Shown here in pieces: positions 55,154 to 64,000 of a stretch of 64,000 nt of DNA. This DNA comes from Hyphomicrobiales bacterium (GTDB taxonomy: Bacteria; Pseudomonadota; Alphaproteobacteria; Rhizobiales; Aestuariivirgaceae). The stretch covers positions 3,960 to 67,959 of the forward strand of contig JAEUMJ010000045.1 of the NCBI GenBank assembly GCA_016792865.1, in the 5' to 3' direction. Within the stretch, counting starts at the first letter, position 1, and every line of letters begins with the position of its first letter. The notes below the pieces were generated by a model. It was not told the DNA's origin, searched no databases, and saw only the letters and a program-made list of their open reading frames with translations. A program made the position numbers and the translations under genes.

Positions 55154-55472
55154 TTTCATCCAGCGCCGCCTTCGCCCTGTCGCGATGGGCCTGGGTGATG
55201 TGGCTGCGCACAAGGCCGATCGCACCCATCAGGATTGCCATGTCATCGGTGAAGCCCAGCGCCAGGATAACATCCGGGACCACATCGAAAGGCATGATGA
55301 AATAGGCCAGCGCGCCAAAGAGCGTTGCCTTCACCTTCAGCGGCGTGGCGGCATCGGTGGCGCAATACCAGGCGGCCAGCAGTTCATCGGCAAAGGGAAG
55401 GCGCGCAGCATTGCGCGTCAGCTTCGGCCAGAAACCTTCCCGGACCATGGTTTCATTCGTGTCTTGAGACAT
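55125..55472 (-). CDS. YkvA / DUF1232 family membrane protein
   Basis: Start at ATG 55472 (MSQDTNETMV). The motif YFIMPFDVVPDVILALGFTDDMAIL is characteristic of DUF1232. Confidence 0.65.
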   Translation of the reverse strand: MSQDTNETMVREGFWPKLTRNAARLPFADELLAAWYCATDAATPLKVKATLFGALAYFIMPFDVVPDVILALGFTDDMAILMGAIGLVRSHITQAHRDRAKAALDEIRTPPVAAG

Positions 55473-55539
55473 GGATTCACCCTCCCCTTCACGAGAGACC
55501 CCAGAGATGGGGACACCCGACCGGATTTCAAGGGCGGCG

Positions 55540-55734
55540 TCAGAAGCCGTGCTGGGTGAGCCAGAGCACTGCCATGAGGATGACAATCGCCCCGAACTGC
55601 AGGATGACGCGCCAGCGCATGAAGGTTTGCGAACGGTTGGGCGAGCCGCCCCGCATCATGTTGGCAAGACCGAACACCAGCACCACGGCAACGGCGGCGA
55701 CGGCGATGTAACTCAGGATGTTGGCAGCAATCAT
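55540..55734 (-). CDS. Twin transmembrane helix small protein (HIG1-like)
   Basis: 64 aa. Two transmembrane helices flank MMRGGSPNRSQTFMRWRV. Confidence 0.65.
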   Translation of the reverse strand: MIAANILSYIAVAAVAVVLVFGLANMMRGGSPNRSQTFMRWRVILQFGAIVILMAVLWLTQHGF

Positions 55735-55778
55735 GGCAGCGGGTTAGCGCCTTTTGCCCCCCTTGCCAATCGGACTGT

Positions 55779-56606
55779 TCAACTGTTCCGGTCTGCGAAA
55801 CTGTCGAGCAGGCCGGAGGGCAGGAGACGCCGCATCAGTGCCGCCACATGGGTCGGGACGGTGACATAGTAATGGGCGCGGGGATTGGGCTTTTCGAGGG
55901 CGATGACGAGTTTCTCCAGAACCCGTTCCGGCGGCAGCTTGAAGCGGCTCGCCCCGCCCTTGTCGAGACGGCGGCGCTGCTTCTCGAAATCATCCTTGTA
56001 GTGCGAGTGCGTCATGTCGATGTTCTTCTCGAAGGCCGCACGGGCATTCTGCACGAACATGCTGGTGATGGGGCCGGGGTTGATGGTGACAACCTTGATG
56101 CCGCTGCCGCGCAATTCCAGGCGCATCGTGTCGGTGAGACCTTCCAGGGCAAACTTCGAGGCATTGTACGGGCCACGATACTTGAGCGCGAGGAGGCCCA
56201 GCACCGATGAGCACTGCACGATCCTGCCGCCGCCGTTTGCCCGCAGCATCGGCAGGCAGCCGCGGGTGAGCTGGTGCCAGCCGAAGAAATTCGCCGCGAA
56301 CTGTTCTTCGAGAACGGCGCGGGTCACGTCTTCCACCGCGCCGGGCTGGCCATAGGCACCATTGTTGAACAATGCATAAAGCCTGCCGTCGGTGCGCTGG
56401 CGCACCTCGGCGATGCAGGCATCGACGCTTTCGGCAAAGCGGTAGTCGAGAGCGATGGCCTCCAGCCCTTCGCGCTCCAGCATGGCAAGGTCTTGCGGCG
56501 TGCGCGCCGTTGCAAGGACACGGCAGCCCCTTTGCTTGAGGCCCCTTGCGCAGGCCAGGCCGATGCCGGTGGAGCAGCCGGTAATGAGAATCGCTTTCTG
56601 GGTCAT
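55779..56606 (-). CDS. SDR family oxidoreductase
   Basis: ITGCSTGIGLA (TGxxxGxG), NNG, and YNASKFALEG (YxxxK). Confidence 0.85.
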   Translation of the reverse strand: MTQKAILITGCSTGIGLACARGLKQRGCRVLATARTPQDLAMLEREGLEAIALDYRFAESVDACIAEVRQRTDGRLYALFNNGAYGQPGAVEDVTRAVLEEQFAANFFGWHQLTRGCLPMLRANGGGRIVQCSSVLGLLALKYRGPYNASKFALEGLTDTMRLELRGSGIKVVTINPGPITSMFVQNARAAFEKNIDMTHSHYKDDFEKQRRRLDKGGASRFKLPPERVLEKLVIALEKPNPRAHYYVTVPTHVAALMRRLLPSGLLDSFADRNS

Positions 56607-56705
56607 GCCCGATCTTTAGGCGGCTTGCCGCCCGCCTCCAACCGTCATTGCATCAGCCCCGGCGGGCCTGGGCATGAAGGCCGCAGGAATGCCGGTGAGG
56701 CGGGT

Positions 56706-58337
56706 TCAGTTCGATCCGTCCAGCAAACGGCGGGCGATCACCTGCGCCTGGATTTCGGCAGCACCTTCGAAGATGTTGAGGATGCGGGCATCGCACAGGA
56801 CGCGGCTGATCTGGTACTCCAGCGCGAAGCCATTGCCGCCGTGGATCTGCAGGGCGTTGTCCGCATTGGCCCAGGCGATGCGCGCGGCGAGAAGCTTGGC
56901 CATTCCCGCCTCCACATCGCAGCGCCTGCCCTCGTCCTTCGCGGCGGCGGCGCGATAGGTGAGAAGCCGCGCCCCATGGGTTTCCGCCGCCATCAGGGCC
57001 AGCTTGTCGGCGACGCGGGGAAAGCCGATGATCGGCTTGCCGAACTGAATCCGGTCTTCGGCATACTTCAGGCCGAGGTCGAGGGCGTTCTGCGCCACGC
57101 CCACGGCACGCGCGGCGGTCTGGATGCGCGCGCTTTCGAAGGTCTGCATCAATTGCTTGAAGCCCTGGCCCTCCACCCCGCCCAAGAGGTTCCCCGCCTT
57201 CACTTCGAAATCCTCGAAGCGGATCTCAAATTCCTTCATGCCACGATAGCCCAGCACCTCGATTTCGCCGCCTGACATGCCTTGCGCCGGGAATGGCTCG
57301 GCATCCGTGCCGCGCGGTTTTTCCGCAAGGAACATGGAAAGACCCTTGTAGCCCGCTTCTGCCGGATTGGTGCGGGCCAGCAGCATCATCAGGTCGGCAC
57401 GCACGGGATGGGTGATCCAGGTCTTGTTGCCCGTCACCCTGTAGGTATCGCCGTCGCGCACGGCCCGCGTCTTCAGCGCCCCCAGATCGGAACCCGTATT
57501 GGGTTCGGTGAACACCGCCGTGGTGAGGATGTCACCTGACGCGATGCGCGGCAGCCAGTGCCGCTTCTGCTCTTCCGTGCCGCCGCACAGGATGAGTTCG
57601 CTGGCGATCTCGGCGCGGGTTCCAAGCGACCCCACCGCGATCCAGCCGCGCGACAGTTCTTCCGAGACGACGCACATCGATTGTTTCGAAAGCGCCAGGC
57701 CGCCGTATTCTTCCGGGAGGGTGAGCGCGAAGACGCCGAGTTCGGCGAGTTCGGCAACGATCTCCAGCGGCACATAGGCATTGTTGCGATGCCAGCCGTG
57801 GGCATGGGGCGCCACCTTGTCGGCAATGAAGCGGTTCATCGACTGGCGCATGTCTTCAAGCGCCGGGTCAAGACCGGATGAGCCGAGAATATCGGCCGCC
57901 GCCTTGGCCTTCAGCGCCCCCGCCACGTCGGCGCGGGTTGCGGAGGTGTTGCCGTTCTGAAAAAGATGAAGGGCGCGGATCGCGGCAAGCCCGGCGTCCG
58001 CAAGGCCAAGCTCATGCGGGCGGATCACTTCCTGCTGGTTGAGGGGAATGCCGCCCACGATCTGGTTCAGGTATTCTCCCGCCAGCACGCGGGCGAGGGC
58101 CGCATCGGCGGCGCTGTATGATCCCTGCGCCGCAAGGTGTTCCGCATGGGCGGCAAGGGCAGCAAGGGTCTCGGCATAGGTCGCGAGCCAGGCAATGCCA
58201 TGGGCGAGATGCTGTTCCCGGTCGAAGGCTTCAGGAGAACGGTCCCCGGCAAGTTTCACCCTGAGGTGGGCCAGCGCCTGTGGCACGAGTTCGGCCACCC
58301 GCGCATGGGCATGGTGAAGCTCATCGGCAATCGTCAC
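56706..58337 (-). CDS. mcd: Acyl-CoA dehydrogenase with about 170-aa N-terminal extension; probable (2S)-methylsuccinyl-CoA dehydrogenase
   Basis: GTG 58337 with AGGAG 7 nt upstream. About 543 aa, an ACAD core preceded by an extension, as described for Mcd. It lies near ccr and ecm. Confidence 0.75.
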   Translation of the reverse strand: MTIADELHHAHARVAELVPQALAHLRVKLAGDRSPEAFDREQHLAHGIAWLATYAETLAALAAHAEHLAAQGSYSAADAALARVLAGEYLNQIVGGIPLNQQEVIRPHELGLADAGLAAIRALHLFQNGNTSATRADVAGALKAKAAADILGSSGLDPALEDMRQSMNRFIADKVAPHAHGWHRNNAYVPLEIVAELAELGVFALTLPEEYGGLALSKQSMCVVSEELSRGWIAVGSLGTRAEIASELILCGGTEEQKRHWLPRIASGDILTTAVFTEPNTGSDLGALKTRAVRDGDTYRVTGNKTWITHPVRADLMMLLARTNPAEAGYKGLSMFLAEKPRGTDAEPFPAQGMSGGEIEVLGYRGMKEFEIRFEDFEVKAGNLLGGVEGQGFKQLMQTFESARIQTAARAVGVAQNALDLGLKYAEDRIQFGKPIIGFPRVADKLALMAAETHGARLLTYRAAAAKDEGRRCDVEAGMAKLLAARIAWANADNALQIHGGNGFALEYQISRVLCDARILNIFEGAAEIQAQVIARRLLDGSN

Positions 58338-58558
58338 AATCCGTCTCCTGCTCTTGTCGGTCTGGCGCAAAGGCTATGCGCGCCGATATTGCGTCGCAAC
58401 ATCACCTTTGGTCGCCCCCTCGCCGGTCCGCCTGGAAGGCGCTGCGGGGGCCTTGTGCATCGCCTGCCGGGCTGCCCCATTTGGGCCGGAATTTTCCGCT
58501 CTAGGCAACATGACGCACCGTTACACACTGTTAACGGGTCGAATCATATGGTTAACAA

Positions 58559-59071
58559 ATGAAAATGCGCGGCGTTTTTCCAGCTTTCTTGATTCTTGCG
58601 GGCTTCGCGACAGCGGCCCTCGCCCAATCGGCTGACGAGCCCAAGAAGCTCGGCAGCTACAAGGACTGGCAGGCCTTCACCTACAAGGCCCCGGACTCGA
58701 AGGTCTGTTTCGCCTTCTCGGAACCCAAGAGTTCCAAGTCCACCCGCGAGGCCAAGCGCGGGCCGATCCGCTTCATCGTGACCAATTATCCGGGCCGCAA
58801 GGTGGCGGGCCAGATCTCCACCATCATCGGTTACCCCTTCAAGGAAGGCTCCACCGTGAAGCTGGTGATCGATGACAAGGAGTTCACCCTCTATCCGGTG
58901 GGCGACACGGCCTGGGCCGAAAAGGACGATGCCGAAATCGTTGCCGCCATGAAGGATGGCAAGACCCTCAGGGTTTCGGGCACGAGCTGGAAAGGCACCG
59001 AAACCACCGACAGCTATTCGCTGGCGGGCATTTCCGCTGCGATCGACGAGATCGACAGCGCCTGCAAGTAG
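58559..59071 (+). CDS. ialB: Invasion-associated locus B (IalB) family protein
   Basis: 170 aa with a signal peptide. Contains GSYKDWQAFTYKAPDSKVCFAFS and a C-terminal GISAAIDEIDSAC. Confidence 0.7.
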   Translation: MKMRGVFPAFLILAGFATAALAQSADEPKKLGSYKDWQAFTYKAPDSKVCFAFSEPKSSKSTREAKRGPIRFIVTNYPGRKVAGQISTIIGYPFKEGSTVKLVIDDKEFTLYPVGDTAWAEKDDAEIVAAMKDGKTLRVSGTSWKGTETTDSYSLAGISAAIDEIDSACK

Positions 59072-59081
59072 CCTTCCCGCG

Positions 59082-59840
59082 ATGACGGCGCGGCGGCGTC
59101 TTGCGGCACTCCTGCTGGCACCGCTGGTGGCGGTGTGGGTCTTGGCGACCTCAGGGCGTGCCGATGCCGCCTGTTCCACCCAGGAGCACGAGGGCAACAG
59201 CTATGATGTCTGCCGCTTTGATCCGGCGAAGCAGCCGCTCGAACTGTTCAACCTGAATGAGGACGGCGAGCCCATCGCCAATTTCTCCGCCCTGGCGGCG
59301 CGTCTTGCGGGCGACGGCAAGCGGCTGACCTTCGCCATGAATGCCGGCATGTTCGACGACAAGCTCCGTCCCATCGGCCTTTACGTGGAGCGTGGCCAGA
59401 CCCTGAAGAAGCTCAACCGCCGGAACGGCTTCGGGAATTTCCACCTCAAGCCCAACGGTGTTTTCCTGATCGCCGGCGGCAAGGCCGCCGTGATGGACAC
59501 GGAGGCTTTCGTGAAAGCGGGGCTGAAACCGGATTTCGCCACCCAGTCCGGCCCCATGCTGGTGATCAACGGCAGGATTCACCCCAAGTTTTCCGAAACC
59601 GGCACCTCGGCCAAGGTGCGCAACGGTGTCGGCGTCACGGCTTCGGGCGAGGTTGTGTTCGTGCTGTCCGAAAACGCCGTGACCTTTCACCGGTTTGCCC
59701 GCTTTTTCCGCGACGCCCTGGCGACGCCCAACGCGCTGTTCCTCGACGGCACCATCTCCAGCCTCTATTCCACCGATCTCCGCCGCAACGACGGCTTCCT
59801 GCCGCTGGGGCCCATGGTCGGCGCCTACGAAGCCAGGTGA
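59082..59840 (+). CDS. Phosphodiester glycosidase (DUF2233) family protein
   Basis: Internal ATG of track ORF 58956..59840. Signal peptide MTARRRLAALLLAPLVAVWVLATSGRADA. Contains NAGMFD..., QSGPMLVINGR and FLDGTISS. Confidence 0.6.
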   Translation: MTARRRLAALLLAPLVAVWVLATSGRADAACSTQEHEGNSYDVCRFDPAKQPLELFNLNEDGEPIANFSALAARLAGDGKRLTFAMNAGMFDDKLRPIGLYVERGQTLKKLNRRNGFGNFHLKPNGVFLIAGGKAAVMDTEAFVKAGLKPDFATQSGPMLVINGRIHPKFSETGTSAKVRNGVGVTASGEVVFVLSENAVTFHRFARFFRDALATPNALFLDGTISSLYSTDLRRNDGFLPLGPMVGAYEAR

Positions 59841-59926
59841 CCGGACGGCAGGTTTGATTTTGCCGCGGTAACGGTCTAACTCCCGGCGCAGTACGGAAGC
59901 GGTTGTCTTCCCCGCTTCACAACCCC

Positions 59927-61126
59927 ATGTCCCGGTCCATCATGCCCACACTCATCTCCAGCCTGCCGGAACGCTATATCCAGAACGACCAGCGCCCCTC
60001 GCTGGCGGGGCTTTCGCGTGAGCAGCTCATGGAGATGCTGGCGCGGGTGGGCGTGCCGGAAAAGCAGCGCAAGATGCGGGCGAACCAGCTTTTCCACTGG
60101 ATCTACCACAAGGGCGTCACCTCCTTCGCGGCGATGAGCAACATCGCCCGCGAGCTGCGCGACAGGCTGGATGAGGCCTTCCAGATCTCCCGTCCCGAAA
60201 TCGTCACCGAGCAGAAGTCCTCTGACGGCACCATGAAGTGGCTGTTGCGTCTGGCCCCCGACGAGCGCGGCCAGCGTCACGAGATCGAGACCGTCTACAT
60301 TCCCGAAGAGGACCGGGGCACCTTGTGCATTTCCTCGCAGGTGGGCTGCACCCTTACCTGCACCTTCTGCCACACCGGCACGCAAAGGCTGGTGCGGAAC
60401 CTGACCGCCGGGGAAATCGTGGGCCAGATCATGCTCGCCCGCGACCGCATCGGCGACTGGCCCGATGCTCTTGCCGCCAACACGCAGCCGCCGTCATCGG
60501 GACGCTACATCACCAATGTGGTGCTGATGGGAATGGGAGAGCCGCTCTACAATTTCGACAACGTGAAGCAGGCCATGGACCTGGCGAGCGACGGCGAAGG
60601 TCTTTCGCTTTCAAGGCGCCGCATCACCCTGTCCACGTCGGGCGTGGTGCCGGAGATCGTGCGTGCCGGAGACGAGATCGGCACCATGCTGGCGATCTCG
60701 CTGCACGCCACCACCGATGAGATCCGCGACAGGCTCGTTCCCCTGAACCGGAAGTATCCGCTGGCCGAACTGCTGGAGGCCTGCCGCAACTATCCGGGCC
60801 TTTCCAACGCGCGCCGCATCACCTTCGAATACGTGATGCTGAAGGGCGTCAATGATTCCAGGGACGATGCCAAACGGCTGGTGAAGCTTCTGTCCGGCAT
60901 TCCCGCCAAGATCAACCTCATTCCGTTCAATCCCTGGCCGGGCACGCAGTATGAATGCTCGGACTGGGAGACGATCGAGAGCTTTGCCGAGATCGTCAAC
61001 CGCGCCGGTTACGCCAGCCCCGTGCGCACCCCGCGGGGCCGGGACATCATGGCGGCCTGCGGCCAGCTCAAGAGCGAAAGCCAGAAGCTCAGGGCCAGGG
61101 AACGCATGGCGGCACAGACGGCGTGA
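59927..61126 (+). CDS. rlmN: 23S rRNA (adenine2503-C2)-methyltransferase, radical SAM
   Basis: [18 protein letters not shown] (CxxxCxxC), GMGEPL, and C-terminal CGQL. The track ORF starts at TTG 59903; the first ATG, at 59927, is used here. The start is uncertain. Confidence 0.85.
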   Translation: MSRSIMPTLISSLPERYIQNDQRPSLAGLSREQLMEMLARVGVPEKQRKMRANQLFHWIYHKGVTSFAAMSNIARELRDRLDEAFQISRPEIVTEQKSSDGTMKWLLRLAPDERGQRHEIETVYIPEEDRGTLCISSQVGCTLTCTFCHTGTQRLVRNLTAGEIVGQIMLARDRIGDWPDALAANTQPPSSGRYITNVVLMGMGEPLYNFDNVKQAMDLASDGEGLSLSRRRITLSTSGVVPEIVRAGDEIGTMLAISLHATTDEIRDRLVPLNRKYPLAELLEACRNYPGLSNARRITFEYVMLKGVNDSRDDAKRLVKLLSGIPAKINLIPFNPWPGTQYECSDWETIESFAEIVNRAGYASPVRTPRGRDIMAACGQLKSESQKLRARERMAAQTA

Positions 61127-61223
61127 ATGAACCGTTCACTCTCGGCAACGGCACCCGGTTCCCAAATCGGTCCGCCTGTGCTCTAGGGTTGTGCCGCCCA
61201 TCGGGCAACACAAAGGACAGGCA

Positions 61224-61520
61224 ATGACACTCAAGAAAATCGCGCTGGCAGCGGCGCTTGTAACGCTGGCAGCAGTTCCCGCCAAGGCTGAAGTGATCGA
61301 CATCTCCACCGTGAAATGTTCGGACTTCGCCAAGATGAGCGAAGAAGAAGGCAGCTACCTCCTGGTCTGGCTGCATGGCTATGCCGGCGGCAAGGCCGGC
61401 GACACCACCATCGATCTCGATTCCTTTGCCGAATCCGGCACCGCCATCGGCGAATCCTGCGCCGAATCCCCGGAACTGGGACTGATGACCGTCATCAACC
61501 AGATCGAAGGCGACCAATAG
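61224..61520 (+). CDS. HdeA/HdeB-like small periplasmic protein
   Basis: Start at ATG 61224, with AAAGGA upstream. Signal peptide MTLKKIALAAALVTLAAVPAKA. The pattern KCSDF...WLHGY...C resembles rhizobial HdeA-family proteins. Confidence 0.5.
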   Translation: MTLKKIALAAALVTLAAVPAKAEVIDISTVKCSDFAKMSEEEGSYLLVWLHGYAGGKAGDTTIDLDSFAESGTAIGESCAESPELGLMTVINQIEGDQ

Positions 61521-61527
61521 GCCCGGC

Positions 61528-61566
61528 GGGCAGGCTTGCCTTCTGCGGTATTGCCTGCCCTTTGCC
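61528..61566 (+). terminator. Terminator-like hairpin after the HdeA-like gene
   Basis: 8-bp stem GGGCAGGC/GCCTGCCC with a 17-nt loop, followed by TTTGCC. Confidence 0.45.
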
Positions 61567-61630
61567 TCGCGTGTAAGGCGCATTCCCGAAGTTTCCTCCG
61601 CTTCCGGCGGAGGACGATCCGGGAAACAAA

Positions 61631-62851
61631 ATGTCCAAGCAGAAGATCAGCAAGGTCGTGCTCGCCTATTCCGGCGGCCTCGACACCTCCATCATCCTGA
61701 AATGGCTCCAGACCGAGTACAACGCCGAAGTCGTGACCTTCACGGCCGACCTCGGCCAGGGCGGCGAGCTTGAGCCTGCCCGCAAGAAGGCCGAGATGCT
61801 GGGCATCAAGGAGATCTTCATCGAGGACCTGCGCGAGGAATTCATCCGCGACTTCGTCTTCCCGATGTTCCGCGCCAACGCCGTCTATGAAGGCGTCTAC
61901 CTGCTGGGCACCTCGATTGCCCGCCCGCTGATCGCCAAGCGCCTGATCGAGATCGCCGAAAGGACCGGTGCCGATGCCATCTCCCATGGCGCCACCGGCA
62001 AGGGCAACGACCAGGTACGTTTCGAACTCACCGCCTATGCCCTGAACCCCGACATCAAGATCATCGCGCCGTGGCGTGAATGGGCGTTCAAGAGCCGCAC
62101 CGACCTGATCGAGTTTGCCGAAAAGCACCAGATCCAGGTGGCGAAGGACAAGCGCGGCGAGGCGCCCTTCTCGGTGGATGCCAATCTCCTGCACTCCTCC
62201 TCGGAAGGCAAGGTGCTGGAGGATCCGTGGGAAGAACCGCCGCCCTATGTCTACCAGCGCACCATCGCGCCGGAGGATGCGCCCGACACGCCGACCTACA
62301 TCGAGATCAGCTTCAAGAACGGCGACCCCGTTGCCATCAACGGCAAGGCCATGTCGCCCGCCACGCTCTTCACCGAACTGAACCGCCTCGGCCATGACAA
62401 CGGCATCGGCCGCCTTGACCTGGTTGAGAACCGCTTCGTCGGCATGAAGTCGCGCGGGGTTTACGAGACACCCGGCGGCACCATCCTCGCCGCTGCGCAC
62501 CGGGCCATGGAATCGATCACCCTGGACCGCGAGGCCGCGCACCTGAAGGACTCGCTGATGCCGCGCTATGCCGAGCTGGTGTATTACGGCTTCTGGTTCG
62601 CTCCAGAACGCGAGATGCTGCAGGCCATGATCGACAAGAGCCAGGAGCATGTGGAAGGCGATGTGCGCCTCAAGCTCTACAAGGGCAACGTCATCGTGGT
62701 GGGCCGCCGCTCGCCCAAGTCGCTCTACAAGAACGACCTCGTGACCTTCGAGGATGACCGTGGCGCCTATGACCAGAAGGACGCGGCAGGCTTCATCCGC
62801 CTCAACGCCCTGCGGCTGCGCACCCTTGCGGCCCGCAAGCGGAGCACCTGA
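61631..62851 (+). CDS. argG: Argininosuccinate synthase
   Basis: [28 protein letters not shown] and [24 protein letters not shown]. Confidence 0.95.
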   Translation: MSKQKISKVVLAYSGGLDTSIILKWLQTEYNAEVVTFTADLGQGGELEPARKKAEMLGIKEIFIEDLREEFIRDFVFPMFRANAVYEGVYLLGTSIARPLIAKRLIEIAERTGADAISHGATGKGNDQVRFELTAYALNPDIKIIAPWREWAFKSRTDLIEFAEKHQIQVAKDKRGEAPFSVDANLLHSSSEGKVLEDPWEEPPPYVYQRTIAPEDAPDTPTYIEISFKNGDPVAINGKAMSPATLFTELNRLGHDNGIGRLDLVENRFVGMKSRGVYETPGGTILAAAHRAMESITLDREAAHLKDSLMPRYAELVYYGFWFAPEREMLQAMIDKSQEHVEGDVRLKLYKGNVIVVGRRSPKSLYKNDLVTFEDDRGAYDQKDAAGFIRLNALRLRTLAARKRST

Positions 62852-62863
62852 GCCGGAGGCCCG

Positions 62864-63886
62864 TCACCCCCGCTTCCGGCGTGACTTCGCGAAGGTATCG
62901 AATGCCACCGCGAGCACGATGATGACGCCGATGATGATCTGCTGGATGTAGCTTGAGACATTCATCAGCACCAGGCCGTTGAGCAACACGCCGATGAGGA
63001 GGCTGCCCACCACGGTGCCGAAGATCGTGCCCGCGCCTCCGAACAGGCTGGTGCCGCCGATCACCACCGAGGCGATGACGGTGAGTTCGTAGCCGGTGCC
63101 TGCCACGGCTTCCGCCGAGTTCAGCCGCGCCGCCAGCACGAAGGCGCCAAGGCCCGCGAAGAAGCCCATGATGACATAAACGCTGCAAATGATGCCCGTG
63201 ACGTTGAGGCCGGACAGCCGCGCCGCTTCGGGATTGCCGCCCACCGCATAGACCCGCCTTCCGAAGCGGGTGTAACGCAGCACGATATGGGCCACGATGG
63301 CCGCCACAAGGAAGATGATGACCGGAACGGGCACCGGCCCGATCTTGCCCTGGCCCCACCAGGTGAAGGCCTTGTCGAAGCCGCTGATCGGACCGCCCGC
63401 CGCGAACAGCAGGGCCGCGCCCCGGAACACCGACATGCCGCCCAGTGTCACCACGAAGGGCGGCACCTTGAAACGGGTGATGGCAAAGCCCTGGATGTAG
63501 CCGCCGGCGAGTCCAACTGCGATTGCCGCAAGCGCCGCCAGCTGCCAGCCATAGCCCACCGCGTCATCGCCCACGGTGAAGCGGTCCTGCATGCCGCCCT
63601 TGGCCACTGCCGCGGCAACCAGCCCGGCAAAGGCCAGCAGCGAGCCGACCGAAAGATCGATGCCCGCCGTCAGGATCACGAAGGTCATGCCGATGGCGAG
63701 AAGCCCGGTGATCGACACCTGCCGCATGACGTTGAAGAGGTTGATCGACGAGAGGAAGCGCGGCTCCACGATCGCGAACACCGCCATCAGCACGAGAAGG
63801 AAGATGAGCGGGGCAAAGCGTGCAATGAACCCGAAGGCGTCGAATGAGGTGTCCGTTGCTTTGGCGGGTGAGCCGGTTGTCGACAT
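62864..63886 (-). CDS. Sugar ABC transporter permease (RbsC/AraH-type, CUT2)
   Basis: 340 aa, about 10 transmembrane segments. GIDLSVGS motif. Confidence 0.85.
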   Translation of the reverse strand: MSTTGSPAKATDTSFDAFGFIARFAPLIFLLVLMAVFAIVEPRFLSSINLFNVMRQVSITGLLAIGMTFVILTAGIDLSVGSLLAFAGLVAAAVAKGGMQDRFTVGDDAVGYGWQLAALAAIAVGLAGGYIQGFAITRFKVPPFVVTLGGMSVFRGAALLFAAGGPISGFDKAFTWWGQGKIGPVPVPVIIFLVAAIVAHIVLRYTRFGRRVYAVGGNPEAARLSGLNVTGIICSVYVIMGFFAGLGAFVLAARLNSAEAVAGTGYELTVIASVVIGGTSLFGGAGTIFGTVVGSLLIGVLLNGLVLMNVSSYIQQIIIGVIIVLAVAFDTFAKSRRKRG

Positions 63887-63899
63887 CGGGCGTTCTCTC

Positions 63900-64000
63900 C
63901 TAGGCCGCCTTGGGTGCGGACATTGTCATGAGCGTCATCAGTTGTTCCTGCGTGGCACCCGGCCCCGGCACGTTTCCGGTGACACGGCCTTCGCGCATGG
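63900..64000 (-). CDS. Sugar ABC transporter ATP-binding protein, C-terminal fragment (continues beyond the window)
   Basis: The minus-strand frame reads ...MREGRVTGNVPGPGATQEQLMTLMTMSAPKAA*, with TAG at 63900-63902. This is the typical tail of CUT2 ATPases and lies directly upstream of the permease. Confidence 0.55.
   Translation of the reverse strand, partial: MREGRVTGNVPGPGATQEQLMTLMTMSAPKAA

Noticed and set aside
58530-58556. Two GTTAAC hexamers just upstream of ialB that look CtrA-like (TTAAC half-sites).
   Set aside because: The spacing between TTAA and TTAAC is 17 nt, not 7. The neighbouring TTAC-N6-TTAAC also misses the consensus. At most these are isolated half-sites.

Overview
GC-rich chromosomal segment. 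Gene content and synteny point to an alphaproteobacterium of Rhizobiales or Rhodobacterales type; this is inference and no search was run. I support about 70 protein-coding genes. I found no rRNA, tRNA, CRISPR array, transposase, integrase or recognisable defence genes.

Gene order:
- 1-6.7 kb: reductive pyrimidine catabolism module. It holds two tandem Dabb proteins, dihydropyrimidinase, a NitT/TauT-type ABC importer and a divergent RutR-like TetR regulator, with two RutR-type operators.
- 6.7-10.9 kb: formyltransferase-like gene, PPK2, and a LOG-family gene translationally coupled to a beta-CASP MBL RNase-like gene.
- 10.9-16.4 kb: iolR-iolC-iolD-iolB (inositol catabolism).
- 16.4-30.6 kb: tightly coupled carbohydrate locus of unassigned substrate. 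It holds three FGGY kinases, a class II aldolase-fold protein, a HAD-IIA phosphatase, a G1PDH/AraM-like dehydrogenase, a GpsA-like dehydrogenase, a SorC regulator and a CUT1-type ABC transporter.
- 30.7-32.2 kb: Cys-rich hypothetical, VOC and GNAT genes.
- 32.2-47.4 kb: conserved housekeeping block. It runs DEAD-box helicase, HAD, rppH, YibQ-like deacetylase, ctpA, M23/EnvC-like, rlmH, rsfS, nadD, proA, proB, obgE, then a low-GC SLT gene, then GNAT, rpmA and rplU.
- 47.7-49.4 kb: internally duplicated secreted ClpP/SppA-like protein.
- 49.4-58.3 kb: ethylmalonyl-CoA pathway genes ecm, ccr and mcd, interspersed with membrane and SDR genes.
- 58.5-64 kb: ialB, DUF2233-like, rlmN, HdeA-like, argG and the start of a sugar ABC transporter.

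I did not find an obvious new defence or mobile system. The observations most worth a second look are:
- the araBDLMNPQ-like locus pairing G1P- and G3P-dehydrogenase homologues;
- a perfect 17-bp tandem duplication that fuses a small membrane ORF in frame with ecm;
- a shared TGCAATGCA palindrome in front of ecm and ccr;
- two perfect CtrA boxes;
- unusual extensions on L21, RsfS and the DEAD-box helicase;
- the duplicated Cys-motif periplasmic protein.

Many long ORFs in the supplied track are GC-rich antisense shadow ORFs or read-through composites, and I rejected them.
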